A DNA stretch of 64,000 nt from the human T2T-CHM13v2.0 reference genome, Homo sapiens, in NCBI RefSeq assembly GCF_009914755.1, contig NC_060932.1. The stretch is one strand, 5' to 3'. Shown in pieces: positions 50,646 through 64,000 of the stretch; position 1 is the stretch's first letter, and every line of letters begins with the position of its first letter. The notes beneath the pieces were generated by a model that was given only the letters and a program-made list of their open reading frames with translations, did no database searches and was not told where the DNA came from. Position numbers and translations under genes: made by a program.

Positions 50646-53600
50646 AGCACATTCTTACCCGACAGAAAGGTCTGGAGAATGTATATACAATGACTTCTAA
50701 CATATGAATACTGCTCTCTGGAAAAGAGAAACCAATGGATTCCTGCCTCACCATCTCAACATCAGCTAGAGAAGGACAAGAATAGGTGAAAGAAAGCAGT
50801 GGCTTTGGCTTCATGCCCTGCAGAGCTCAGTAAGTTTGTTTAGTTTTTTTTTTTTTTTAATTTCATAGATCGTAAGGAAAGTGGAGAAAAGGGAAATAGA
50901 TTTATTTTTCAAGAAGAATGTTAAGGTGAGTGACTACAGGTGGCTAGATTAGTATACACTGGTTAGTAACTGGTTAACATCAATTAGAAAGCTATTTTGT
51001 GAGAGGACTTAAACCAGGCAGTGCTAGTAAAGGAAATATAGAAAAAAATGTGTGCATATATGGTGAAAATAGCACCCACAGTGATAGGGACCATGGTTGA
51101 TGTGAAAGGATCAGGTACAAGCGTGTATCACAGAGAAAGAGGAGTACTTTTTGGGGGAATGGGAGGATCATGAACAGGCCGAGCTGGTGATATATGTGGG
51201 ACATGCTGATGAGGCTATCAAGCTGGTGCTGGTGGTGGGCATCTGGATCTCAGAAAAGAATGTAATGTTAGAGATGCTGATGTGGGAACAATCCGGAAGT
51301 GAAGGTTGAAGCCATGATACAGCACCAAAAGAGAACCAAGACATGAACAAAAAAGAAGGGGTCAAGGAGAGGCCCTTGAAGGATGCCTACCTTTAAGTGT
51401 TTGGAGGAGGAAGAGGGATATGTGAAGGAAACAGGAATCTGAAAGACTGGAAAGAAAATCAAGTTCCCCCTAGTAAAATTAAGAGAGGAGAGTGCTTCAA
51501 GGAAAGGGGGTTGGGGGGTGACTCAGCAATGCCAAGTGCTGTGAAAATCAAGGATACGAGGAGGCAAAAATAAGGCAAGGGTATAGCAGAATATATAAAG
51601 AGATTAATTCCATACAGAAATGTATGAATGAAACTCTCATGGAGGTGACATTTGAGCTGAGTTTTGAAGGATTGATAAGGTGCAGGGATGAAAGGAAAGT
51701 TACACCAGGTAGGGAAAAAGGTGTAAACAAAGGCATGAGTGTAGAGGGTAAGAAGAATGTGTAAGAAACAGTGAATATTTCAGTATAAACTAAAGAATAA
51801 TGAATATGAAAGATGTTGATAACAGATAAGGCTGAACATGATGGGTGGTCAGTGGGTGGCTTTGAATGTAAGGAATGAAGAATAACAGAAAATGACTTGG
51901 AAGTAAGAGGTTTTTGGAGTATAATGAGAAGACCCATCTAGTTGGAGCAGAAAGAATAAAGATTCCAAGGTTCTACCACTTTTAGGTCAACCTTGATTCT
52001 CTGAATGAATTAACAATGACAAAGCTCTACTGTACTAATCAATATTATTTTTAACTTTAAAAAGTCCCCAAGATGTTAAAAGGTACCAAAATGAATCAAA
52101 CTAATCAACTCAGAACTCAGTAGGAAACCCAGTTTTCTCAATCTACTGTCCGAACCACCAGTTTACACCAGTATTGTCTAACAAAGATATTTAAGTTTAA
52201 CAGAATTGCTTTAATACAGCTAAAACATCTGCTGCATTTAAAAATAATCTTCCTGCTGCTGCAACATATGGTATCATCAGAAACTTTATTCCAGTGCCCC
52301 CAGAGCTTCTGAGACACCTCGAAATGCCATGATTACCATAAGGAGGTTTATACAATTCTCCAAGCTGCAAGAAAAACAATTAATTCATTTTAATATTTAA
52401 AATAAATATGGGCCATTTGCATCATTTGGGAGAAGCAGCAGAATTATGAAAACTACTAAATTAGAATCTAACTCCCTAAAGAAAGATGCTTCAAGATGTA
52501 GCTTCCAGATGGAAAATTCCCCTAACAAGTCAGCTTAAGATGTATGCTTAGCCTGTCCCAGTCTCTCCTGAATTGGGTAAAAGTGCTCTTCCCACTTAGT
52601 TTTCTAATGGAGGGCACAATGGGCACAGGTATCTTTATTTTTACGCAAAGGAGTTATTTTAATATTCATATAGGTAGAAGTGAAGCTAGGAGCCAAAGTT
52701 TGAATTCAATAGAACTAGTTAAATAAATATTACTCAGAAGATCCTACATTTCAGCCACTATGCTAGATAAAAACCAGAGACTCCATTGAATTATGTAGAG
52801 TAGCTGCCTTTAACTAGTCTTTAGAGATTGTGGAGAGAGAGAGAAGCACAGAGTAGTATATGTAATAAAGTGGGATGCATTCTTTAATAGACTTAACTAT
52901 CATGACATGCAGCGAGTACAAGAAAACAATTTCAACTCTACCTGGGAGACAAAAGCAAGCCTCCTGGAGAAAGGAATGCTGAGGCAGAAGAGTAGAGACA
53001 CATTAGGAGGGAGGTGGATTTCCCAGAACTATTAATACATGGCACAGGCTGGTGAAATAGCAGTTTGGGGAAAGAGACATGCAATGATTGAGATCCAGTG
53101 TGGCATGCTGTTAACACAGATCTGTCAAAGAATTTCTTCACTTTGGTGTACACAGCACTTTGAATAATGCCTGGTGCATAGTTAACACTCAGGAAATATA
53201 TATCTGTTATTGAATGGAAAGCAGTAATATTCCACTTAAGAGGTTCACAATTTGCTGCAGGATATCAGAGAAAACCTAGTGTCCAGCATTGCTGTCCTTT
53301 AATAGGTCATACGTATCTTGTCATCGGTATCTTTGCTAATTTCTTTCTTCCCTCTCTTCTAATAATTAAAGTCATACTCATCCTCCAGGTCCAATTCAGA
53401 GTAAAGACAGTCTTATTGGGCTCTCTCTCTACAGAATGAATGGGTGAATAGATAGATGAATAAATGAATGAATGATCATGGGAATTCTCATAAATCCTTC
53501 TGACAAACCACTTTCTCTCTTCCTTTAAGATTTTTGCATGTGTTTTTTGCTCTTTATGGTGTACCCTTTACTGCTTCTCCACTGAGCTGAATCCTATTCA

Positions 53601-56600
53601 CATGTCAGCTCAGGTAAAATTTTTTTTCGATAGCCTTCTGCAAGCCTCCAGGTTAGGTTTGACCCATACACTATTGCCATACATGTCTGTGTAGTCATTC
53701 AGCTTCTTCTACACCTGGTAAACTCTTTAAGGCCAGGATCTGATTGCTAGTCAGCATTATATTCCCATTGCTCAGCAGAGCTCCTGACACATAATAAACC
53801 CTCCATAAAGAAATTAATTCACGGTTGAACAAATTAAATAATTATTTTTTTTTGTATCCTACCATGAGATAAAAATCATGAGTGCTTGAAAAATCCCACA
53901 AAACCCAGTCATTTCTGTTGAATATAACCTATTTGATTCTTAATTTATAATTGCAAAATATTACTATCAATCTTATTTAGGATCATTATCCAAGGAAAAG
54001 GTATCTGCTGTCGCTTAGGTTCTTACAGCATCTCCTTCACAGGGTATAGAATTTTTAACAATTATGGCATTATAATTAGTTCTGATAAGAGGAAAATGGG
54101 AATTCATTTGTCAATGACACATGATATTTTAAAAGATATGAATGGGACCTAACGATGATTCTGGTTGCTATGCACTTAAGGAGAGCCATCATCCTGATTT
54201 ACCTCCATATAAATAACCCTAAGTTATTACAACTGAGCCAAGTCAATCCATAATAAATTCTCACATGAGTCCTCTTGGGACTGAACTATGTTGACTGATT
54301 CATATAAATCATTACACACAATAATGCTAATAGAAACTCTTCACTGACTTGCAAGGGCATCTCACACAAAGTAATTCTAACCATTAAGGAGACTTTTCAG
54401 GAAGGATGTTATTATTCCCATGCCATTGATGGGCAAACTAAGACTCAGAGCTTGCTCAAGCTCACTAAAATAGTAAGTAAGTAAAAATTACTAATCCAGG
54501 GCAATCTCATTTGAAAGCCTATGTTTTTTCTGCCAGACTACACTGTCCGTCTATTACTGAGGAAGTTCTCAAGGATAATGGAAACCTGAAGCAGAGATCA
54601 GATGCCAGTGGAAAGTAACTTTAGCACTGATGATGTGGAGTCAGCTATCTCAGACAATACCCTTGGGTAAATAAAGGGTGGTCAACATGCCACAAACTTC
54701 TTATCATAGTTGTGAACACAGGACTAAAAGAAGCCTACACAGTATTTTACTTAATCCTAGGAACAAAGAACCTTCCACAAAAGATAGCCTTTTCTTGTAT
54801 TTTATCCAAGAAATCAATGAAACTGACTTATATGTTTGTATTGCTTTCTACATAGTATCTCATTTGAGGCAAATATAATGCAGAAGAGAAAGATATTGGC
54901 CCATGTATAAAAAAGGAACCTATGGTGGAAAGTTAAGTAGCTTAGGTGGCCCAACTAGGAAGTAATAAGAGCCATGACCCAAACTCTAGTGGTCTTTTCA
55001 CTAAATTCTAGTTGTCACTTTCTCTTACCTCTGTATATTATTATTTTCTTCCTCCTTCTGCAAACTTAAAAAAAATAAAGATTAGAGAGAATGGTGGATG
55101 ATTCCTCCACAATTTTAGATTATTAGATCACAGTGATTCCAAGACACCCAGCTTGAAGGATGAGAAAAGAAGCAAAAAGTCTTATGGAGATGGTAAGGCA
55201 ATATTTTTTAGTGTCTCCAATATATCATAAACACGAAATAAGAGGCATCCCATACAACTCACCCACAATTTCAGCTCTTGTTGTGACAAAGCATTAAGAA
55301 CAGTTGAATAAATTATTAATATGGCAGCATTCTCTGAATTGGCACAGATCCCATGGAAAGAGTGACATGCCAGTCTGGCAACTGATCTGTTTTGCACACG
55401 AACATAATACAGTAGTCCTGGGAGATACTCATGTTTATTGTACAAGGTGTCTTCTTTCTTAAAGTTATTTTTCTTAATTATTCCAAGGGCTATTCAGAGA
55501 AACTACTATGAGGTTCCAGAATTATTTTAGGCAATAACATAGAAATTCCTTATTCTGAATTTTGTAAAGTCAAAGTAAGATCTGAAAACTCAGTAGTTTC
55601 CTCTGCCCTGGGAGACAGCAGATGGCAGTGGGAGTTCAGTCCTGTCAGGTAGGCCCTACCTGTCTGTCTCATCCATTAGAGTCACACGGACCTGGCTTCA
55701 CTTACTTCAAAGATCCCTGACTTCCTGGTGATTTGATGCAAATTAATCATGAAGAAAATGTTGAGTCTTTCTCTGCTACTTTCTTTATGATTTTTGCAAA
55801 CTATTATTGCCTAAAGTCTTAAATAAGAAATGTGCTGTATTATAAATAATAAGACATAACTTTAAGAAAAAGGGCTTAGTTAAAAAAAGGTCTAGGATTG
55901 TAGAGATAATATATCTACAAGCATAAAATTTCCAAGAGCATATATACTTAGGATGCTACAAGTTGATGCTAAAATCAGTTTTCAACACATACTTGATATT
56001 CCTCCTGGAAAATTGTGTTCAGAACAAAGGTATTCATGGACTTAAAATATATAAATATCTTTAATAGGGACAAATCTTTATTCTTTGAAAGTAAATTTAA
56101 TTTTGGAGAAATATATTATTTGAGGCCAAAGCTACTTTTAAGTTCTTATAACATCCACCCAATCAGGATGTCCAAAAAATTCTTTTATCTTAACCTCTCC
56201 AAATTGGAACACATTATTGCCCCCTGCAATCCAACTTCTTTTCCTACTGTATCCCTTATTTTGATGTTGGCATCATGTCGACAGGACTTTTTTGTGTACA
56301 TCTCTTCTAAAAATCAGGTTGTGGTTTTAGAGACTAGACATGTGTAAGATTCTTCCATGCGCTTACTCTAATTTGAATTGGTAAACAGAAAAAAAATGTC
56401 TGAAATAACACATTTACAGTTTAAAAGAAAGAGGGTCAAAGATAGGCATGCTGATGATTTTGAGGAATCATGACCTTGTTCACAAACACAGATGTCAGTG
56501 AAAGGTGTCAGAAAATAAATTTGTGACTGTAACCTCTTTATTTCTTATGGGGAACGATGAATTGAGTGTGGAGAATAAGACCAACCCATTTTGACCTGTA

Positions 56601-56756
56601 AGTCTAACACAACTATTTCAGACTCTGGAATCCTGTGACATAAACTTTAAGAGAACACTTTTAAGTCAGGACGTGTTTGGGAGTAAAACAGTAACTCCAT
56701 ATAATTTAGAGACTGGCTAGGTGATAACTAAAACACACAGCCTTGTCAGTTGGTAC

Positions 56757-56906
56757 CTGTCTTTGGTTCTCTGTCTCCAGGCGCAGCCTGGCCTCCACAC
56801 ACCTCCGAGTCTCCAGGAAAGCTTGGCGCTGGGCCCGGTCTGACAGGTAACTGATGAAGATTCCAGCTGTGTTCATACACATGAATAGCACTGCCTGGGC
56901 CACAAC
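56757..56906 (-). CDS. ADCY8: ADCY8 coding exon (exon 2), 150 bp: last M1 transmembrane helix and coiled-coil linker
   Basis: Acceptor tgtgtttattttag|GTT, donor CAG|gtacca. Translates [50 protein letters not shown] (50 codons, phase 0-0). Confidence 0.97.
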
Positions 56907-58435
56907 CTAAAATAAACACAGTCTGGTCAGGCGCTTAAAACAAAAGCTATTTACAAGCAACAATAAAATACACAAATAAATATGAATTTCCAAGGTAAAT
57001 CCTAATGTAGTAATCCATATGTTTAATCGCATGTTTGTAGAGCTATGCCCTTCATTCAGATCTTGAGGCAAATGTCATCCCTTTGGAGAGGGCTTCTTTC
57101 ACCACTTTCTCCAATTTAAGGCTTCTTTCTCCCCAGGTTTAGACTGGAGTCTTCATGGGAAACCTGCTGTGAAAAAGAGGGAATCTGGTTGGCTTCTTCA
57201 CTCCACCTTATCTGTCTCCCCTTCACCAGCAAAAGCCTCTGGCTTTTAAGGGGCTGGAGAATCTGGTGGGAATAAAAAGAAGAGACTAATAAGAAACAGG
57301 AAAGGAATCCATTGAATACCTTTGCCTTCGAATACATTGACTACTATATTTAGACTCTGGTGTTCTCGGGTCTTCTTGGATAGAATCCAAGTCTTGTTTC
57401 TAACTCAAGAAAAGAAACACGTTTTTCTATTGCTTTTCATCTCCACTTCCATTATTCTATTTCTAGGCATCAAAATATGCTTCCTGGACTCTTAAATTGG
57501 GCTTCCTACTTTTTCATTTGCCCCCCTTCTAACTACTGTTCAGTCAAGAAAAGTAGACAGATTCTTGAAAAGGGGTCAACACATGGAATAATTTCATACA
57601 CAAAGTATGAATTTCTTTATTTTCATGGCTTTAGCCTGAGAACAGGTCACAGCTCATGCAGTGTGTGGTAGCTATAACTCCAGTAGAAAATGCAGGTGGC
57701 TTAAAGAAGCAAAGAACAGAGTTCCAGACCACTGTAGCTTCCAGAAGGTGGGAGGAGAATTCCAAAAAGAAAAGAACCCGGTGAAAGAAAACCTAAAATT
57801 GTTTTATAACCTCTTATCTGAACCACATATGCATAGGGAAGACAGTAAGCAATTGAGTTAAGGATAAAATAACTGAACTGATATTTGAACTGCAGTCCAA
57901 AAGACAGACTTTCTTTTGATTTCAATCAAGTTAATTACCTGCTAAAGTGAAACGGAACAAAACAAAAATCACTATTTCCAGGGGAATGTAAGATAATTCA
58001 GTCTTAACCATAGAGCATTCACAATGCCCAGAACATAGCACAGAATTATGTGACATAAAAATAAACATTAAAATGTGACTCAATCTCAAGAGAAAAGATA
58101 GTCAACAGACATCTATTCTAATCTGACCCAGATGTTGGAATCAGCAGGTCGAGATTATAATAGTTCTTACAACTTTGCTCAGTGACATTCTAGCAGTGAA
58201 TGAAATTCACTGAAAGTAAATATTTTAGCAGTGAATGAAAAGATAAGAAATAAGAAAAGAAATAGAAACCTCAAAAAAGGAAAATTTCAGAACTGAAAAA
58301 GAAAATATCTGAACCAACTGGATATTAACAGCAGAACATAGATGACGGAAGAATCAGTAAATTTGGAAATAGGCCAATAGAATATAACCATTTTGAAAAA
58401 ATTACTAATAATTATTTAATAATATATATTAATAA

Positions 58436-58746
<311 letters not shown>

Positions 58747-58789
58747 ACATATATATATTGAGCAACTGTGCCTGGCACATATATATATA

Positions 58790-59087
<298 letters not shown>

Positions 59088-59830
59088 TAAATGATTTATG
59101 AAAAGGTTTTAGTAGTTCGTGTGACAACATTGAAGGGCCTAACATACATATAATTGGATTCTCAGAAGGAAAGGAAGGAGAGAATGGGGTAAACTAATTT
59201 GTTTAAAGATATAATGCAATTCTTATAAATTTTATAAAGATACATATTTACAGGTTCAATAATCTTAGCAAACCCTACATAGGTTAACTGTGAACAAAAC
59301 TATTCCTGGGCACATCATAATCAAAATGCTAAAAAAACAAAATCTTGAAAACAGTCAGATAAAAATGTTACATATAGGAGACATATTCTTCAGTTATGAT
59401 AAAGATTTTCACATTAGATAAAAAGAAATATTATATGTCCTATTTGTAAAATATAGTCCTAAAATATATTGATATAAAAATTTGGAAGTGAAAACAAAAT
59501 AAAGCTGGCTTTGTTGTATAAATGCCAGACTAAAGATAATTTTTTGAAAAGGGCATTACTAGAGATAAGTAGGGTCACTATACAATAATAAAGGGTTTAA
59601 TACATCAGAAATACATAAAAATTCTGAACATCTACACATTTAATAGCACAGCCTCAAAGTATACACTGCAAAATAAGATAAAAGTCTATGTAATTATTTA
59701 TAAATCTATAGTCATAGTGGTCTCTTTTAACACAATTTTCAGCAGTTTATATACCAAACAGATTAAAAAGTCAGCAAAGATAGAGATAATCTGGAAAGCT
59801 CATATGATTAACAACCTTGAAATGAAACAT

Positions 59831-60191
59831 TGATATGGTTTGGCTGTGTCCCTACCAAAATCTCATCTTGAATTGTAGCTCCCATAATTCTGAGGTGTAG
59901 TGGGAGGGATCCAGTGGGATAAAATTAAATCATGGCTATGGTTTCCCCCATACTGTTCTCATGGTAGTGAATAAGTCTTAAGGTATCTGATGGTTTTATG
60001 AGAGATTTCTTCTTTCACTTGGCTTTCATTCTGTCTTGCCTGCCACCATGTAAGACATGCCTTTCTCCTTCTGCCATGATTGTGAGGCCTCCCCAGCCAC
60101 GTGGAACTCTGAGTCCATTAATCCTCTTTTCTTTATAAATTACCCAGTCTCAGGTATGTCTTTATCAACCTCATGAAAACGGACTAATACA
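59831..60191 (+). mobile_element. THE1 solo LTR
   Basis: TGATATGGTTTGGCTGTGTCCC...GGACTAATACA, with perfect 5-bp TSD AACAT at 59826-59830 and 60192-60196. Confidence 0.93.
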
Positions 60192-60301
60192 AACATGCTA
60201 TTCAATAATTAGATAGTAGAAATTCTTTTAAGGCACATATTGAAAATTTGTAAAATATCATCTTAGGATAGGACTTGAAGTTAGCCTCAGCAAATTTTGA
60301 A

Positions 60302-60918
60302 AACCAGGTTTCATCTCCTGTTACAGTGTTTCAAAGAAATGCTTCAGGATCTTGATCCTACTTGTTTAAAATGTCCACTGAAAGCTCTGCTTTTGTCTGC
60401 AGCTGATTTGGGCACATGGATTTTGATACCCATCACGTAGAGTTTGATCAACTTTCATTGTTCAGCCAGAATTGTGTAAGCTGAACTAATTAAGATGTCA
60501 ATGATATTGGCTATTGTTTCTGCCGTTAATAGTTGGTCCTCTTCAGTTAGGACATGGACACAATTAACTTTTTCTTCACAGATTGATGTGGATTGTCTGC
60601 CCTGTGGGCTTTACATCTTCAACATCATCTCATCCTTTCTTAAAATGAGTGATCCATTTGTAAACTGCCAATTTCTCTGGGGCATTCTTTCTATGAACTT
60701 TTGTAAAGCACCAGTGATTTCACCATTCTTCCACCAAAGCTTCCCCATCAATTTGACGTTTGTCCTTACTTCAATTTTAGCAGAATTCATGTTGCTCTGA
60801 TAGGGGTTCTTTTGTAACTGATATCTTATCCTTTTTAGTATCTCAAGTTGAATCCTATTTAGACACATTGCCACATTTGTATAAGTTTATTTTGGTGCAA
60901 AAAGTTTTGAAATCCATA
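60302..60918 (-). mobile_element. HSMAR2 mariner fragment (5' leader plus decayed N-terminal half of transposase)
   Basis: ATG at 60790 gives MNSAKIEVRTNVKLMGKLWWKNGEITGALQK. The frame-shifted remainder runs to ...AFL*NTVTGDETWF, the mariner TGDETW motif. Confidence 0.9.
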
Positions 60919-62399
60919 TTATCTTACCATAAACCCATCATTTAAATCCAGTTAAATAAACAACTGTGAGGAATCACTGATCCTGTGGAGTCAAGTGGGC
61001 ATGAACATTTTGAAAAATCTCTCGTATTGCTTAGTTTGACTTCAGTTGTTTTTAAATTTTATATCATTGGAATCACATTTTTTACTAAACATTATTTTCT
61101 TTATTCATTTTGATGCATACATTGATAGTTCCTTTATTTTTACTGCTAAATAGTACTTAATACACCACAAAATATTTATCTGTTCCACCACTCATGGACA
61201 TTCTGATTATTTCCACTCCCATTCTCTTGTGGAAAATGCTGCTCTGAACATTGTGGGCATGTTCCTGGGGCACATGTGCAAAGGTGACTCTGGGGTGTGG
61301 AGTGGGAATACTCAGTGCTAACCTGGTGGATACAGAATGGTCTCCCATTATGATTTTAATGTCAATTTCCCAGATTACTAACATTTCACACTGGCTAGGT
61401 TGTGGGGAAAATAGTCACTCTTATACCTAGTTGGTGAAATGTGTGAATCTGGCAATATCTGTAAAAATTGATAATATTTCTACTCATGAGTTCAGTAACC
61501 CTAATTCTGTAGACTTATTTCATAAATATGACCATCCATGTGCAAAGATCAAAGGATATAATAAGATCCTTTACAATAATAAATAATTAGAAATAACTTA
61601 AATGACCCTAAACAGAGGATTGGTCATATTGTAAATCCATCCAGTTGAAAAGTGGGCGTGGGAGAAGGAAAGAACTAACATGTACTATCATTTTTAAATG
61701 CACAGACACACTCAATAAGTTATTGGGTAATGCTGGGGACAGAAACTGAAGTCTGGGTTTTTAAACTCTACCTTTTTGGTTTTTGTATATGTGCATGTAG
61801 TGTACCTATTATAATATAATACATTGTTAAAATAGTAAAATGAAGACTTCCCATCATGACAGTGAGGATCGTTTGATCCTCTTCAAGACCATTTTGTACT
61901 TTTCCTCACTTACTCATTTTGCTCTAACCAATCTGATTTCTGTTACTTTCCATTCCTTCATTAGATTTTTATCATTTCTGGGACATTCAAATGTCATCTC
62001 CTCTTCTTCGAACACTACTCTCCATACTTCTTGCCTTGCTGATTCTTCTTATCCTTCTGTTCTTGGCTTTATTATAGTTTTCTCGGATAGACACTCCCTG
62101 ATCACTATATCAAAGTAGGATTTCCCTGCTATACTTTATTCCTGCACCCTGTGAATTTATCACAAATTGTAATTATATATTATTTGCTTGCTTGGTTACT
62201 TGATGCCTATCTGCCGCACTGGATTGTGAGTTCTAATAATACAGAGATGATGTTTGTTTTAGCCATTAATGGACAACTAGCATCCAGCACAGTAAATAAA
62301 TGCTCAGCATAGTGTCAATTAATTGCTCAGCTCTTAATAAGTTCTAGATATTTGATAAATAAATACATGAATGGGTGAATAGCTTTCCTATGTACCAGT

Positions 62400-63520
62400 A
62401 ATTATCATTTATAAAATATGCCAGAACAATGATCTTACAATAGCATTGGTAAGATAAAACACCAAAACTATTCTTAAGCAATACTAACAAATGCATGAGA
62501 GCTAGAAAAGAAAAAAAGTACATGACTTTACAAAAGATAAAGAAGAGAGGTATTTCTGTTAAAAATGCTATTATTAACTATGTTAATAGTTATAATATGT
62601 AACTATATATATGCATGACTTAAGATGATTTACAGCTTTAATATTATTACAATCAAAATCCCATATGGAATTTTTATTTGGGACTTGAAAGATGATTTAA
62701 AAGTATATCTGAAAGAACACATGAGTTAGACTATCAAATAAATTTTTAACAAAAGAGATTAGAGGGGGGTCTTGACCAACCAGAAGGTAACATGTAGTAT
62801 AATGCTATGATAATTAAAACTGTCACAGCAGAGAAAAACCCAACTGCAAAACTAATGGAATAAAGTAGACTATGCTGTATAGAAACAGACAATAAAAATT
62901 GTAAAAAGTTTGTACATGATACATGTAGCTCAAAGATCAAAGGTTTAAAGGGAAAGAAAATTTTCCCAAAAAAGATAATTGGTCAACTACAGGGGAAAAA
63001 AATGGACTGATAGTCACCTCATATTATATGCAAAAATAAATGCCAATGGATTAGAGCTAAATGTGGAAAATGAAACTATAAAAAGGGGGAAAAATAAAGG
63101 GGAATACTGCTCTAATCTAAGCAGAAAAATGTGAGCAAAGTCTCAAATTAAAGAAAACTGGTTCTTATTAACAAAACCAATCTGATACCTTGCTGATATG
63201 AAGGAACTTTACTGTAATATTTATGAGAAGAAAATTGGCAACATGTTGCAAAATTTGACTCATTTCTTTTGACCCACTGACCCAACCTCTAGAAATCTGT
63301 CTTTAGGAGATCATCAGACAGAACATTAGAAACTTCTGTTAGGGAATATTCATTGTAGCTTTATTCATGAAAAATTTATAAATGGAAACTGCATATTTTT
63401 AACAGTAAGAGAAATGGCTGAATAAATTGTGGTCTGTGTAAACAAAAAGAATGTAAAATTGCATTTAAAATACTTAATGACATTAGCAAATCTCTGATGA
63501 ATTAAGTAAAATGTAATATT
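62400..63520 (+). mobile_element. Decayed L1M ORF2 3' fragments (approximate)
   Basis: caatcaaaatcccatatggaatttttt; tataatgctatgataattaaaactgt; cacctcatattatatgcaaaaataaatgccaatggattagag; tttgacccactgacccaacctctagaaatct. Confidence 0.7.
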
Positions 63521-64000
63521 TTAAACTGCACTTAACATACAAATCTATAAATTCAATGTGATTCTAATGCTTAAAATATGAAGAAATATATATATACATA
63601 TACATATATAAATAAAAATAAGTACGTAAGTCTGCACGCACTTGTGTAAATATGTGTGTATCTGTGTGTGTACTGAAATAGGAAGAATAAGTTATTCAAA
63701 CAAACTCAGTTGTGGAGATCTAACAAGGCAGTACAAACCCTAAGGTGTCAAGATCTACACTTAGACAGGTGACCCTAGCATTTGGGGCTTCTTCCTTCCT
63801 GGGAGCATTTGCAGATTCCAAAAGAGATGACTGAGAGTCTGAGAAGCAGAGCAGGATGTTCAAAACTTATGCAGCCAGTAGAACAAATCCTGAGGTCTGG
63901 AACCAATGAGAAAAAAACAATGCAGAAAAGACCATCCAGATAGAGTCTCCTGATATTGGCCAGTAACTGACCTCACAAATAACTTTAAAAATAAGTGTTT

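Noticed and set aside
50366-50814. Repetitive-peptide ORFs on both strands, and a CRISPR-like appearance
   Set aside because: Products of a 36-bp stop-free minisatellite. There are no unique spacers or cas genes, and the DNA is eukaryotic intron.

Overview
Primate (almost certainly human) genomic DNA lying entirely inside ADCY8 (adenylate cyclase 8), which runs on the minus strand. Four coding exons are present, read by hand with canonical AG/GT boundaries and consistent frame: 56757-56906, 18212-18342, 9698-9809 and 3420-3547 (exons 2-5 by recalled gene structure). Together they give 173 codons plus 2 nt, covering the end of the first membrane cluster and the start of the C1a catalytic domain (FADVKGFT and KILGDCYY). 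The rest is intron, rich in old interspersed repeats: Alu, L1, L2, MIR, MaLR LTRs, a THE1 LTR with internal region, MER1A and an HSMAR2 fragment. Almost all ORFs in the supplied track are chance or repeat-derived. I see no evidence of a new multi-gene system. The most interesting unexplained signals are small-scale: an orphan CpG-rich element with a CTCF-like motif, a possible intronic polyadenylation unit after exon 2, several template-switch or duplication scars, a 28-nt TSD-flanked micro-insertion, and a long open MaLR internal ORF. Repeat subfamily names come from memory of consensus sequences, and boundaries of old repeats are approximate.
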